Source: Phoronis australis (lineage: Eukaryota; Animalia; Phoronida). From it: 64,000 bases of DNA. The stretch lies in NCBI GenBank assembly GCA_002633005.1, contig NMRA01000091.1:891820-955819 (forward strand), given 5' to 3'. The notes beneath the pieces were generated by a model, which saw only the letters and a list, made by a program, of their open reading frames with translations, did not search any database and had not been told where the DNA came from. Shown here piece by piece: positions 63,030 to 64,000 of this stretch (position 1 is the stretch's first letter; each line of letters begins with the position of its first letter). Both the position numbers and the translations under genes were made by a program.

Positions 63030-63949
63030 AACTTAGTTGACATCTTCATTTTTGGTGGATTCGGGACATCAAATATTGCTCGGGCACTGCATTCAATACC
63101 AGCTTGTTCTTCAATCATGAACATGGACTCCTCGATGTGATGAGAGCATAACTTGCACTTCTTGGACAATTAGGCTGCATCTCTATTCATAAAGACTGCT
63201 CCCAGCACTTGCACCTGAACAGAAATCAATGAGAGACTCAGGAACAAACCTCATACTCACTAGGTTCACAGAAGACTGGTAGCCTACACTAAACTACACT
63301 ACACTACAGAATTCGTGTCGCACTGTGATTGTGGTTTAGGCAAAAGTGTGTTGGTGTCAACTGAAAAACTAGAGTCAAATGTCGATCCACGGACATTTTA
63401 AGGGCCGCGCCCCCACATCATTGGCACATAGAATTAATTTTAAATGACGAACTGCTTAACTTAATTGGTCCAACTGGCCAATTAAAATTATGTCACAGAG
63501 ACCCACAGATTCTCTAACTTGACTCATGACAGACTTGAGGCCCTGTGGCTGTGATTGTGCCATGGCCGTGTAACCAGTCATACACTGTATTACCAATGGC
63601 CATGGGTATGTTTTCCTGCGATCGCTCGGTGACATTTTGATTTGGAATTCATGGACGGCAAGTATCCAAAAAGCAGACGATCACATCGTATGTTAATCAT
63701 AGTCCTTTCGCCGGCAGCCGGCTGCACGGTAGGCCTAGCATACACTGCAGACAACTGACAACAGTGGTAACGGGACTGCGATCGACTTGTCTAACAATTG
63801 TGAACAGAACACACAAAATGAAAGACAATGTGTCATATTATTGAATAACACATAACCTTACCTTTCCTGATCCTTAGGAAACCTAAAAAATGGATCTTCG
63901 TGGATGAATTCATGCAATTTATCGCACTGCGAAATGCGTCCTTCCCCAT
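63030..63949 (-). pseudogene. Decayed two-exon THAP domain of THAP12/PRKRIR-like hAT transposase type (exons 63949-63862 and 63214-~63030)
   Basis: With frameshifts and stops it reads MG..(R)SAINCMNS..FFRFPKDQER|CKCW...KCKLCSHHIEESMFM..KNKLVLNAVP..IFDVPNPPK. The GT-AG intron is intact (AG|gtaagg...ttcag|G). Confidence 0.75.
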
Positions 63950-64000
63950 TGTTTCGGCGCTTCCACAGGCGCTTGGGTTTATCGCAAATGACGTCACTTA

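Overview
This is AT-rich, intron-containing eukaryotic DNA from an invertebrate animal; the species cannot be determined. Three genes were reconstructed by hand from GT-AG splice sites and exon phase. (1) SMARCAL1/HARP annealing helicase: + strand, 14 coding exons, 254..14203, about 885 aa, one HARP domain. (2) Ptf1a/Fer1 bHLH factor: - strand, 2 exons (36132..35673 and 32734..32529), 221 aa. The ORF track misses exon 2, which carries both RBPJ/Su(H)-binding motifs ([13 protein letters not shown]). A PTF1-type E-box+TC-box site lies about 400 bp upstream of its ATG, suggesting autoregulation. (3) A - strand type II membrane protein with one SEA domain and no visible protease domain, about 52.6-59.1 kb. 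The rest is rich in non-autonomous DNA transposons (TTAA, TA and 5-bp target duplications), SINE fragments, microsatellites and a 700-N gap. There are three decayed transposon-type coding remnants (two THAP domains, one OTU/vertnin-like exon) and a branched palindrome with a heat-shock element just 3' of SMARCAL1. A TA versus TACATGTA difference between duplicated copies looks like a Tc1/mariner excision footprint. All calls were made by eye, without database searches.
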